From: Planctopirus limnophila DSM 3776
GTDB lineage: Bacteria; Planctomycetota; Planctomycetia; Planctomycetales; Planctomycetaceae
Assembly (NCBI RefSeq): GCF_000092105.1
Contig: NC_014148.1
Span: forward strand, 660,001-692,000
Length of the DNA stretch: 32,000 nt
Direction of reading: 5' to 3'
Position numbers and translations under genes: made by a program. Below are positions 1-9,063 of this stretch, one piece after another. Under the pieces are notes generated by a model, which was given only the letters and a program-made list of their open reading frames with translations, was not told where the DNA came from and did no database searches. Each line of letters opens with the position of its first letter. Position 1 is the first letter of the stretch.

Positions 1-3
1 TTG

Positions 4-2922
4 TTAAAGTCCCTGGATTTGAAGTGATTTCCACCATGCCGATTCATTATCCCAGTTGTGGCCTTCATGTCGTACTTCGACAGAGAGCGGCAGTTTTTCT
101 TGAGTATAAGGTGTGAGGTCAATGTTCAGCTCGACCCACTGATCTTTGCCAGAGATGATCCGCTCTTCAATTGAGCGTCCTTGAACGAGAATCACGAGTT
201 TGAAATCGCGGTCATTTTCGGCTCGAACTTTGCCTGTCAACGTGACGGGGCGGTTTCCAGTTCGAGTGACATGGGCGAACATACGGAATGGTCGATTGGC
301 CTCCAGCGGATGTGACCGGACGACATCATTTTCGCCTGCATATTGCCTCGCCCAATGGAGACCACCTTGAGAATTCATGGCGACAAACTGGGGAGCGACC
401 AACTTGAGTAGCCTGCTGTAGTCTTCTTCCTGAGTGACAATTTCCTGAATCCCTTCCGGGAGTTTGGGAGATTCTTTGGAAGCCTGGAGCTTTTGCCGAA
501 TGCGAGTGACATCGTCGGGAGTCCGGGCCAGAGTGATGGAATCAAAATACGCGGCAGTTTCACCCGTCGTGGCGAATCCAAATCCTGTCAGTGAGATACT
601 GCCAAAATCACTGAAGAGATCGCGCGAGACCCATTGCCAGTTTCGAGGCAAAGACCAGTCGACTCGCAGTGGTGCTCCTGCTGATTGCTTGGCATCACCG
701 GCATCATAGGTGTAGCCATGTCGCATGCCGCGATCTTCCAGTGGTTTTCCCCCAGTTCGAGTGATAGCCGGTCGGCCACGTAGACGATCTAACGCCGCTT
801 CGGCGATTTCATTTCCCAGGCGACCTTCATGGGCAATCATCAGCCGGATGGTTTCGCGGGATTTTTTGTCGTCGTCGATTTTTCTCCAGGCAAACGTAAT
901 AAAACGGAATTCACCCAGTTTCGGATGTTCGCGTATGGGAATTTCCTGGTTGTAAAGAGTTGGGCCACTGCGATCTGTGGGGCGTAATTCCAGGCTGACC
1001 TGTCCCGAATAGGGAAGATCGGGACTGATCCGGGCAGTTCCTTCTCCGGACGTTAACAGCGAGGCGAACTCCGCTTGTTCGTCAAAGACAGGAAGAACTC
1101 CCGGTTGGTGGGGTGTCAAAGCGACTCCACGAAAGTCAAATTCAGCCGCCTTGTCGTCAGTGAACAGTACGATTTCACATGAGGCTGTCTGGCCTGCCAG
1201 CGCGGGTATTGGGAACATGACAGGCTGTGGATCAATGGCCCCTTCACGCTTGGGTAATGTCGCCAGGCCAACCCCTTCTCCGTTCAAGCGAACTGCACAA
1301 TAGATTTGGGCCTGTGTCTCAGCTTCTCGGGCCGCATGAATGACAATCCATCGATCGGTCGATTTGAGCTGAAGCCGACGCGTGAGGAGCAGCGTCTCAC
1401 CACCAAGCCGGGCCAGACTGCGAAAGCGAGGTTCTTTTGTATTCCAATTCTCCAGTTGATTTCGCACAGCCACAGGAGCTGCCACCCGGCCATTTTGGTT
1501 CCATCCCGTCAGACTCCATCCCGACCAGCCGGAGATGAGCTGATAGGCTGCGGCTGAAGTCATTTCGCCAGCCGTCGTGGCGTTCAGCCTCAGTTGGGGT
1601 TCCATCCAGTTCGTAAAGTCTCGTAGATCGAGTGGATCGGCTCCGGGTGTGGAAGAGTTGGCCTGCATGTCAGTTCCCAGAACTAACTGGCGGGGACCAC
1701 CGGCTGATGTGGGTATCGAGATCCAGTCGGTATGGACGGCAGACTCAGCTCCCGACTTCTCCCCACTCTCAAACAACGTAGATGTTGTTTCACCGGCACG
1801 CACACGAATTGTCGCGCTGGCACAGCCTCGCTTTTGCGCTGCAGGATCGAATCCCCACGCGGTGCGCAAGCCCTCGACAAAATCGGGAATCTGAAAAGTG
1901 ATTTGGCTGGTGCCGAAGACTCCCCACCCGTTCTGGCTGAAATTTTCACCTGTGGTCAATCGAGTCCCATTGACACTGCTGTTCCAATTCGGTGACCAGC
2001 TTTTGCCAAAGGCTGGTGAGTAGACAATCTCTGCGGGATAAAACCAGCTCAAAGGTGGTTCAGTAACGATCCATGTCTGCCAGCCGATAACTTGCGGAAA
2101 TCGAATCCATAAAGGATCCAGAGCCCATGCCGGTTGGATCAACTGATACCAGTCAGCTTGTCGATTGCGGTCGCCATAATGGCGTCCCTGTAAGCGCTGT
2201 GTCGATGTGGTTAACAGGCTGCCATCCATCGTCTCCAGACGAATCCATCGTCCTTTACCATTGGGCGTTAATGCGGCTGCGGTTTCAAAAAATCTCTGCC
2301 ATTCGTCATCCAAGGGAAGATGAATTTCCGCCAGGTCTGACAGGGGAATTTCTTTGAGACCTGTCGCCGCCAGCAGGTTCACCGCCGAGTTGCTCCAGCG
2401 GCATGTGCGAAAGCTGATGCGGCCACCATTTCTCAACCAGACTGTTCCGGGCTGGTAAGTTTCTCCCGCCATGGCCTCCCACACGATGCGTCGTACGTGA
2501 TTGGCTTGAACGCGGATGGTCTGTTGGTGCCGAGCTTCAGGGGGATAAACTGGTGCCAGCGGGCGCACCAGAAAATAGGCGGGCATCGTTTCGAAGGGAT
2601 CTTCCAGCCCGTTCGACCAGCCCAGGACTTCGCCGGCCAGTCGATCACCTCCCGACAGTTCGACGCGAATGCCTCGACGAGCCGCGGGGGGAACTGGCGA
2701 TCGCCATAGACTGACGACCGGATTCGAAGGCTCGAAGAGTCGCAGATCTCCCAGCCTGGGTTCAGCCGCTGGATCGTTCCAGTCCCGGAGTTGAGCCGGT
2801 CGAGAGGTACTGCCATCACTCCAGCGAGCCGTAAATTCGGCTTCTGCCGCCCACACAGAGGCGGCATGACTCCAGATCAGAATGCAAAACGTCAGCGGGA
2901 AAAGTCGTAGATCGAAACTCAT
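4..2922 (-). CDS. Large secreted hypothetical protein (972 aa) with a signal peptide and a central NPCBM/NEW2-like beta-sandwich segment
   Basis: Dominant ORF; every overlapping ORF is short and antisense or out of frame. The N-terminus MSFDLRLFPLTFCILIWSHAASVWA/AEAE looks like a Sec signal. The segment GTSQITFQIPDFVEGLRTAWGFDPAAQKRGCASATIRV...QLVLGTD...LRDFTNWMEPQL resembles NPCBM-type modules (recalled pattern, not searched). Confidence 0.8.
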   Translation of the reverse strand: MSFDLRLFPLTFCILIWSHAASVWAAEAEFTARWSDGSTSRPAQLRDWNDPAAEPRLGDLRLFEPSNPVVSLWRSPVPPAARRGIRVELSGGDRLAGEVLGWSNGLEDPFETMPAYFLVRPLAPVYPPEARHQQTIRVQANHVRRIVWEAMAGETYQPGTVWLRNGGRISFRTCRWSNSAVNLLAATGLKEIPLSDLAEIHLPLDDEWQRFFETAAALTPNGKGRWIRLETMDGSLLTTSTQRLQGRHYGDRNRQADWYQLIQPAWALDPLWIRFPQVIGWQTWIVTEPPLSWFYPAEIVYSPAFGKSWSPNWNSSVNGTRLTTGENFSQNGWGVFGTSQITFQIPDFVEGLRTAWGFDPAAQKRGCASATIRVRAGETTSTLFESGEKSGAESAVHTDWISIPTSAGGPRQLVLGTDMQANSSTPGADPLDLRDFTNWMEPQLRLNATTAGEMTSAAAYQLISGWSGWSLTGWNQNGRVAAPVAVRNQLENWNTKEPRFRSLARLGGETLLLTRRLQLKSTDRWIVIHAAREAETQAQIYCAVRLNGEGVGLATLPKREGAIDPQPVMFPIPALAGQTASCEIVLFTDDKAAEFDFRGVALTPHQPGVLPVFDEQAEFASLLTSGEGTARISPDLPYSGQVSLELRPTDRSGPTLYNQEIPIREHPKLGEFRFITFAWRKIDDDKKSRETIRLMIAHEGRLGNEIAEAALDRLRGRPAITRTGGKPLEDRGMRHGYTYDAGDAKQSAGAPLRVDWSLPRNWQWVSRDLFSDFGSISLTGFGFATTGETAAYFDSITLARTPDDVTRIRQKLQASKESPKLPEGIQEIVTQEEDYSRLLKLVAPQFVAMNSQGGLHWARQYAGENDVVRSHPLEANRPFRMFAHVTRTGNRPVTLTGKVRAENDRDFKLVILVQGRSIEERIISGKDQWVELNIDLTPYTQEKLPLSVEVRHEGHNWDNESAWWKSLQIQGL

Positions 2923-3252
2923 GCGTCGTTAGCTCAGGGTATCGAAGCGGACGTTTTCTGGTGAATGATCGATAAGGTGGCATCGTTAATCATTCGGAAG
3001 GCCATCGAGGGATGCAAGTCTGGTGAAGTCGTCGATTTCACTGGCTTTGATCGTCCTCAGTAATGGCCAGCAGTGCCAGTCAGAAATCGATGGTTCGCAA
3101 AAATCGAAGAAGTTCAGTGGCACACTGGGCATTCAGAAAAATCATTGACCTGTAGCGTTTGGCCTGGTTCGGCATCGCGCATGCTCTTTGGGCAGCACGC
3201 GGGTCAAGCGTTGTGAGGTTCACAAGATCTGCCGGGATCAACTCGAATCTTA

Positions 3253-4758
3253 CTACCGATAGAGTTGAGAGCGCCAGGAAACAGACGCTGCTGATTCCGA
3301 TCGCGAGCGAGGCGTGCTGTCACTCGCCAGAAGTGAAACTTCCTCGTGGGAACGGGGTGGCAAATGAGCCAGTCGTGGGCGGAACATGACGATCAGCATC
3401 ACGGGCAGATACCACAGGATGTAAACCCCTCCCTCATGGGGATACCAGAATTGCGTGGCGACAATAATCGCAGCCGAATGCGCCATCAGATGTTCGAGAT
3501 TTTTGCGTAATGGCCAGAATGTGATCACTGTCAGCATGATCATGAATGCTGCAAAGACAGGAATACGATAGGCCTGGTCATATTGACTCCAGAATCCTTT
3601 GCCAGTTCCCGAATCAAATTTCAGAACAGACCAGTCAATTGAACCGACAATCTGCCGGGTGAGAGAATGCGAATCGGCCGCAGTCATCATCAGGCAGAGC
3701 AGCATCACACAGGCCACCGCACCCAGGGCAATCGAGAATCTCCCGGCTCCGCGCTTCCAGTAAAAGGCAATCCAGACCGGCAGCAGAAAGATCGCAAAGA
3801 AGAGTGAACCACAGGCCAGCCCCAGCAGAACTCCCGCAACACTCGGCGTTTTGTAGCTGGCAAAGGCCCAGACAACGAGTGCAGCCGGTAGCAGATGGGT
3901 GACTTTATTGACGTCGAAAGCAGTCACAGGCAGAAGCAGATAGAGCGTGGCCATGGCCAGTCCCAGGCGGGTATCGGAAAAATGCCAGCGACCGACAGCG
4001 ATGAGTCCCAGGCATGTCGCCAGATGTGCCAGAATGGCCAGGACTCGAGTCGTCCAGATTGTGACGCCACCTGTCATCTGCACAATCGGAGTGGCGAGCA
4101 GCATGCTGGCCGGCCCGGATTCGACAGGTTTGTCCTCACGATCCTGTTCGGCAAGCTCGGTCTTTGCTGCCTGGTTCTGACTGTTGGACTCTGACAAGTT
4201 CTCTGGCTGTGTGCGAGTGTCTGGGTTGATATTGGAAGGCGAAATTTGATGGGAAGAATGGCCAGGAGATAAATCGTCATTCAATGAAGCGAGGCTGGTG
4301 GAGCCTGCTGCGCCTGTGCCATCCTGCCGCTTTAACAGGCCATCAGCGCGATGGGCAGTTTCAATCACCGCTGCGTGAGGCTCTAACGTCATCACCTTGG
4401 TGGCTTGAAAGGCCAGTGCCGAAACACACAGGAACGCCATGCCGGAGACGTTCAGATTCTGTTCAAGACGCGGACGGCGTGTAAAGAACCCATCCGCTAA
4501 AAGCCTAACTAACAGAATTCCCGTCACCAGAAAGAGCCAGGCGTAACCAAAGGCCACTGTTGCTTCGGAATATCTGGCCAGAAGCAGGCCAGGTGCCAAC
4601 AAAAGCAGCAGTGCGAGATCAAAATTTCTCAACGACCAGATGCGGTCGAATTTGAAGAAGACAGCAATGATGAGCAGCAGCGACAGGTAAAACCATGTCG
4701 GCTCATTGACGTCGTAGCCACGGAGAATTGCTTCCATCCCAGCTCTCCTCGTGGGCAA
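3253..4758 (-). CDS. Polytopic membrane protein (about a dozen hydrophobic segments) with a ~110-aa hydrophilic low-complexity loop; function unknown
   Basis: 501-aa ORF with repeated 18-25-residue hydrophobic stretches (e.g. WFYLSLLLIIAVFF, VAGVLLGLACGSLFFAIFLLPVWIAFYW). The central S/N/Q/E-rich loop spans residues ~140-250. The start could instead be Met8 (4737). Confidence 0.75.
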   Translation of the reverse strand: MPTRRAGMEAILRGYDVNEPTWFYLSLLLIIAVFFKFDRIWSLRNFDLALLLLLAPGLLLARYSEATVAFGYAWLFLVTGILLVRLLADGFFTRRPRLEQNLNVSGMAFLCVSALAFQATKVMTLEPHAAVIETAHRADGLLKRQDGTGAAGSTSLASLNDDLSPGHSSHQISPSNINPDTRTQPENLSESNSQNQAAKTELAEQDREDKPVESGPASMLLATPIVQMTGGVTIWTTRVLAILAHLATCLGLIAVGRWHFSDTRLGLAMATLYLLLPVTAFDVNKVTHLLPAALVVWAFASYKTPSVAGVLLGLACGSLFFAIFLLPVWIAFYWKRGAGRFSIALGAVACVMLLCLMMTAADSHSLTRQIVGSIDWSVLKFDSGTGKGFWSQYDQAYRIPVFAAFMIMLTVITFWPLRKNLEHLMAHSAAIIVATQFWYPHEGGVYILWYLPVMLIVMFRPRLAHLPPRSHEEVSLLASDSTPRSRSESAASVSWRSQLYR

Positions 4759-5221
4759 TTGTGCCCGCGTGTGAGATAAGGGTTGCCTTCGCAGAATTCA
4801 GCATATTCCTTTCCTGTACCGATAACTGCTGGAAATCGCTCTGCTGTGCCACTTGCTCAGCGACACTGACAGAATCATTTTCTTCGCGTCATCGCGACTG
4901 GATTACTGAAATCAGCAAAAGCGACAGCCATCATTGGCTGTATTCCGAACCCACTCGAAATGAATGAGGGTCAAGCTCCCCAGCCAACCTCATTCGGATC
5001 AAACCCCTAGTAGAATACGGTTCTCTGAAAGAACCGCAACACCAGACTGACGAAATTGCGACGCTAATTATGTGCCAAATGCTTCGGAATGTGTAGAATT
5101 GACAATCTTTCGGGTTGATAGGCATCAAAATCGTCAAGTGAAATGAGTTCATCATGAGATTGATGCAGGGTAAGCTGGGTACCTTATTAGATTGAGCGAA
5201 GTCAGCCGCAGGATTCACCGC

Positions 5222-6121
5222 ATGCCGCCGTCATCCCACCGCATGGTGTTGAAGTTTCCCCAGAGGTGGATTGAAGTCCTTGCTCAACTCGGAAACTGGG
5301 AAAAGTCCAGCCACGGCTATCTCGTGCCACCCGCTGCCTGGCTGGCGGTTCATCCTGCGACAGCCTTAGGCTGTTCTGAAATCTCTGCGGCGGAGATCCC
5401 ACCAGGAAGTTCTGCAAACTGGTCAAAAGGAACAGTTCTGTTGCAATCGTGGATGGCAGCCCTGATCGAGGCGAATGGCCATCAAGTGGCAGGCCGGCTA
5501 GAGACTACGCAGCCCATGGTGGAAGTTCAGGGAATCGAATGTGATGACTGGGCGTTGTCGGCGATCTGTCCGGCAGAGTACTGGCTCGCCTTAACTCATG
5601 AAATCCAGCAAAAAGAACATCCGCTCAAGCCTCAAGAACGATCTGCCTTAAGGCAATCGATTCGAGATTTCCTCAGGATTGCGATTCCGCCCGAGTCCCC
5701 TCAAGTTCAGCAGGTGGCTCTGTGTGCCGGGTGGCTGGAAGTCCTGGGATTGAGTGAAGAAAGTCACCAGGAAAGCCAGAGTATCGAAGGCTTGGGGCAA
5801 CCGCCTCATGGCGACTATTGGCATGCGATTCATCACCGCCGGGAACCCGACCCGGGCAACGCCAGTTACTGGTTCCGCCGCATTTCGAAGCACCGGCTTC
5901 TGCAGGAACTTGAACAGTTGCTTCCCGTGGCCAATGCAGCATTTCCTGAGAAGAGTTCTCACACACCAGTCAGTTCCTGGAATCAGGCGACTCTCCTGTA
6001 CCGCTGGGAGGAGTTTCCCGAGGACGATTTGCCAGAACAGCGATATGGCCGGTTGCTTCAATGGCTGGAGATGTCCGCCCTGATAGCAGCCAACGCGTCC
6101 TCAACTCACGTTCTGCGATAA
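5222..6121 (+). CDS. Hypothetical cytoplasmic protein (~299 aa) with a His/Trp/Arg-rich motif HGDYWHAIHHRREPDPGNASYWFRRI
   Basis: The long ORF begins at TTG 5192. The first ATG is at 5222 and another lies at 5243. No signal peptide and no family recognised. Confidence 0.6.
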   Translation: MPPSSHRMVLKFPQRWIEVLAQLGNWEKSSHGYLVPPAAWLAVHPATALGCSEISAAEIPPGSSANWSKGTVLLQSWMAALIEANGHQVAGRLETTQPMVEVQGIECDDWALSAICPAEYWLALTHEIQQKEHPLKPQERSALRQSIRDFLRIAIPPESPQVQQVALCAGWLEVLGLSEESHQESQSIEGLGQPPHGDYWHAIHHRREPDPGNASYWFRRISKHRLLQELEQLLPVANAAFPEKSSHTPVSSWNQATLLYRWEEFPEDDLPEQRYGRLLQWLEMSALIAANASSTHVLR

Positions 6122-6219
6122 AAACTTATTCCTGAGTCCACTCCTCAAGTGAGAAGTTTTCGAGGCCAAACAAATCGAAGGTTCAACGAAGCTTGGGGGG
6201 CAAGCTGTTCGAAAACGAA

Positions 6220-6257
6220 ACAGCTCCCGAACGATTGTTTCTCAGTTCGGGAGCTGT
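6220..6257. terminator. Perfect 13-bp stem hairpin between convergent genes; likely bidirectional intrinsic terminator
   Basis: ACAGCTCCCGAAC (6220-6232) pairs perfectly with GTTCGGGAGCTGT (6245-6257) around a 12-nt loop. On the minus strand it is followed by TTTCGTTTTCG, and on the plus strand by CATTTGTGGTTTG. It lies 99 nt after the stop at 6121 and 83 nt after the minus-strand stop at 6340. Confidence 0.65.
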
Positions 6258-6339
6258 CATTTGTGGTTTGCGACGGGTCTCGTTGAGCCCATTGTATTCG
6301 TATTGTCCGGCGATTCAGAGAGTTCTTGAAGGCGAACGA

Positions 6340-6804
6340 CTATTCATCGTCGTCCTCTTCCTCCTCCTCCTCCTCCTCTTCATCTTCCTCTTCTTCCAGT
6401 TCGAGTTCTTCTTCGTCTTCGAGTTCCAGTTCTTCCAGAGCAGCGGCCTGTTCCGGATCATCGGAAATCGCCAGTGCGCCAGAAGCCACTGGAGCACCAT
6501 CACCAATCAGTTCCTTCACTGGCTGGATGAAATAGAGCTTCTTGGATTTCTGGCGAAGTGCTTCCAGACGTTCTTCAGCCTCGGCGTACTGATCGTAAGG
6601 GAAGCGGGCTTCTTCCTTCATGCTGCCATTAAAGACCACCCACAATAATCGCTTGCGGGCCTGGACTTTTTCCTTGACCTTCCGCACCCGAGGAGTTGCG
6701 GCTGCCTTTTTGGTCGCTCGCTTCTTGGGTGCTGCGGTTTCGTCTACCCCTCGTGCTTCGGCGGCTTCCGCCATCCGACGCTGATCCAAACGACGCCCGG
6801 CCAT
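6340..6804 (-). CDS. Small protein (154 aa) with a basic Lys/Arg-rich N-terminal region and a 31-residue polyacidic C-terminal tail
   Basis: ATG at 6804. N-terminus reads ...PKKRATKKAAATPRVRKVKEKVQARKR. C-terminus reads EELELEDEEELELEEEEDEEEEEEEEEDDDE. The opposite-strand poly-Ser ORF is just its mirror image. Confidence 0.75.
   Translation of the reverse strand: MAGRRLDQRRMAEAAEARGVDETAAPKKRATKKAAATPRVRKVKEKVQARKRLLWVVFNGSMKEEARFPYDQYAEAEERLEALRQKSKKLYFIQPVKELIGDGAPVASGALAISDDPEQAAALEELELEDEEELELEEEEDEEEEEEEEEDDDE
6343..6435. repeat. GAR/GAY trinucleotide low-complexity tract (CTC/TTC/GTC on the plus strand) encoding the polyacidic tail
   Basis: A run of ctc/ttc/gtc triplets is directly visible at 6343-6435. 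Confidence 0.9.
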
Positions 6805-7110
6805 TGAGTATCACTCCCGAGTTTTCAAAACGATGAAGCCGCACCAATCACTCAACGAGTCATCGTGCAGCCAAGAATCACAGATCGTAATGATTTCCTC
6901 GGTTTGAATCCATCGTGACAGTCAATCTTCCGCGATGGTGTACAGGGGGTCACTGCTAAGTGTTCTTAACTCTGGGAGGTTTAGGTGGAATTCACGGCTG
7001 GTAACAAATACTCCCAACATTCCAGCTCTATCGAAAGCTCTTTTACCTCAACCTGTCTGCCAGTCCGGCTCGATTTCACGAAGTGAGTATTCCGGCTGAG
7101 GAGACGCGTC

Positions 7111-9063
7111 ATGTCCGAAATGAACATCAGGCGAAGTTCACCATCGTTCCCCCATTCCGAAAAAACGCGATCCATGCCTTTGCACGCAGGCTTCGTCATG
7201 CTGCTCGCAGGGTTAATGGTGGGATTCGATGGAATATCTTCGGCAGAGGCCGGGATCTGGCCCTGGTCGCGGAAAAAGGAAGAAGTCTCGAAGCCCAAAG
7301 ATCATCCCCAGGCTCCACCTCCTGACGCAGGGAGCTTGAATGCCGGCATTCGCAATCTCCTTCTGGATGCCCACGCGGCCTATCAGAAAGGAGATCTCTC
7401 GACAGCCTTGAGGCTGGCTCAAAGAGCTGAAAAGCTCGCCAAAGCCTCTCAGCAGGTCGCCGGGAAACCTAATGAACTGGAAGGAACAGCTTCCCGCTTT
7501 GTCGTGGAAATCACTCGCCAACTGGAAGAAAAACACAAGTCTCTACCTGTTCAAGAAGCCTCGAAGTCACCTCAGGTAGCAGCGACTCCCAAGACTTCTC
7601 CCGATGCAGGGAAAACACACTCAGAGAAAGCCACAACTGAACCTGCACCAACTGCAGTGTCCGTTAAAACCAGTGAGGTTCCTCGCGAAACTCAAGTCGC
7701 AACAGCGAGTAAAAGCGAGGACTCTGCAGACAAAGCCGCCGTTGTGCCAAGCGCTGAGATCGATGCCGATCAGGGCTTGCGTACAGGGAATCTGTTATTG
7801 CAATCGACCGCTCCTGTGATGGAGTCGATCTCCAGTTCTTCCGTAAGTTCGAAGACGATGGTCACTCGCTCTGGCCCAGAGAATTTCCAAGTAAAGACAG
7901 AAGAGCCAGGCACGGATTTCCCTGACTGGGCACAGGATGTTCGACCGGCACAAGGCAAAGGCGAACGACTGGCAGAGGCTTCCATGGCCGCTGAAGAGAA
8001 AACAGCACCTCTGGCAGAAAATTTGAAATCGCTGAATCAGAACTCTGGGGTGACTCACAAAAATTCCCCAAAGGATGTCCCATCGGCCAGCACATCTCGC
8101 TCGATGGATTTCCAGAGCGAACAGCCTGAGCAAGTGGCAGCCAAATTGGAGAAAGCCACCTCGAAGCCAGTTCAAAATGATTTACCGACTGCCCACGATC
8201 TTCCCGCATGGGCCTTGGCTGCCGAGCCTGACGAAGAGCAGGAGGCTCGTGTTTCCGTCGATTTTGGAACGTCAACGGTTGATCAGGAAACGCCTGCTGG
8301 TCCCAGCTCAAAAAACATCTCTCGCTCTGTTCCGGTACCGCCTCAGGTTCAAGCCGAAGTGGTGAGCTTGCGAGAAGTGGTCGGCGAAGCACAATTGCCC
8401 GGCTGGCGTGAGATCACGCCGATGGACATTCACCAGCCGGCTCGACTGGATCCCTTATTGCGTATGCAGGTCGAAATGGCTGCAGCTGCCACTCGTGATC
8501 TGCGAACAAGAATTCTTGACGCTCCCCGCTTGATCAACAGCCAAGCCAGGCAAGTTGATCACGTTGCCCAAGGCACGATTACCCTCACATCGAATTCGCG
8601 TCAGGTCACGCCGACGGCAATTCCTTCAAGCCATGAGGTCTCTGGAAGTTCAATGGCGGGTGATCAGTATGCCGCTTTGCGTCCTGAGGGAGATCAAGAA
8701 TCTCGATCACCTCTCAGCGTAATCGCTGTTGCGTCAAGTACTACAGATTCGACGAACCGCACCGTTGTCAATGCGCAGCCGTTGAGCGAGCCGGTAGTGA
8801 CTTCATCCGTAGCGAATCGGGCGTGGGCATCACAAGTGGTGGTGCATACTCACGAACAAAACCTCCGGGATAACTCGAGTCTTGTCGCTGAGTCAACAGC
8901 TCAATCAGAGTCGAGCCAGGCTCGACTGGTGGAGACTGCCATTCATTGGCTGAGAAGCCACCCCGTGAGACACCGCTGGATGATGGCAGCTGTTGCTTTG
9001 AGCGTTTTCTCACTCTTGTGGTGGTATGGCGGACGCCAGTTGCCGGGCTCTCGCTCGGTTTGA
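7111..9063 (+). CDS. Low-complexity S/P/A/E/Q-rich protein (650 aa) with an N-terminal signal or anchor and a C-terminal TM helix; function unknown
   Basis: Long ORF. A likely signal peptide MPLHAGFVMLLAGLMVGFDGISSAEA begins at the alternative ATG 7174. One TPR-like helix pair is present (AYQKGDLSTALRLAQRAEKLAK). The C-terminal hydrophobic segment is WMMAAVALSVFSLLWWY. Confidence 0.65.
   Translation: MSEMNIRRSSPSFPHSEKTRSMPLHAGFVMLLAGLMVGFDGISSAEAGIWPWSRKKEEVSKPKDHPQAPPPDAGSLNAGIRNLLLDAHAAYQKGDLSTALRLAQRAEKLAKASQQVAGKPNELEGTASRFVVEITRQLEEKHKSLPVQEASKSPQVAATPKTSPDAGKTHSEKATTEPAPTAVSVKTSEVPRETQVATASKSEDSADKAAVVPSAEIDADQGLRTGNLLLQSTAPVMESISSSSVSSKTMVTRSGPENFQVKTEEPGTDFPDWAQDVRPAQGKGERLAEASMAAEEKTAPLAENLKSLNQNSGVTHKNSPKDVPSASTSRSMDFQSEQPEQVAAKLEKATSKPVQNDLPTAHDLPAWALAAEPDEEQEARVSVDFGTSTVDQETPAGPSSKNISRSVPVPPQVQAEVVSLREVVGEAQLPGWREITPMDIHQPARLDPLLRMQVEMAAAATRDLRTRILDAPRLINSQARQVDHVAQGTITLTSNSRQVTPTAIPSSHEVSGSSMAGDQYAALRPEGDQESRSPLSVIAVASSTTDSTNRTVVNAQPLSEPVVTSSVANRAWASQVVVHTHEQNLRDNSSLVAESTAQSESSQARLVETAIHWLRSHPVRHRWMMAAVALSVFSLLWWYGGRQLPGSRSV

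Noticed and set aside
2923-2985. GCGTCGTTAGCTCAGGGTATCGAAGC looks like the acceptor stem and D-arm start of a tRNA
   Set aside because: The D-stem does not close properly. There is no anticodon arm, no GGTTCGAATCC-type T-arm and no complementary 3' acceptor strand within ~90 nt. It is probably a chance resemblance in the 5' leader of the 972-aa gene.
6326-6535. Plus-strand ORF encoding a 36-residue poly-Ser run
   Set aside because: It is the antisense mirror of the GAR/GAY tract that encodes the polyacidic tail of the better-supported minus-strand gene 6340-6804.
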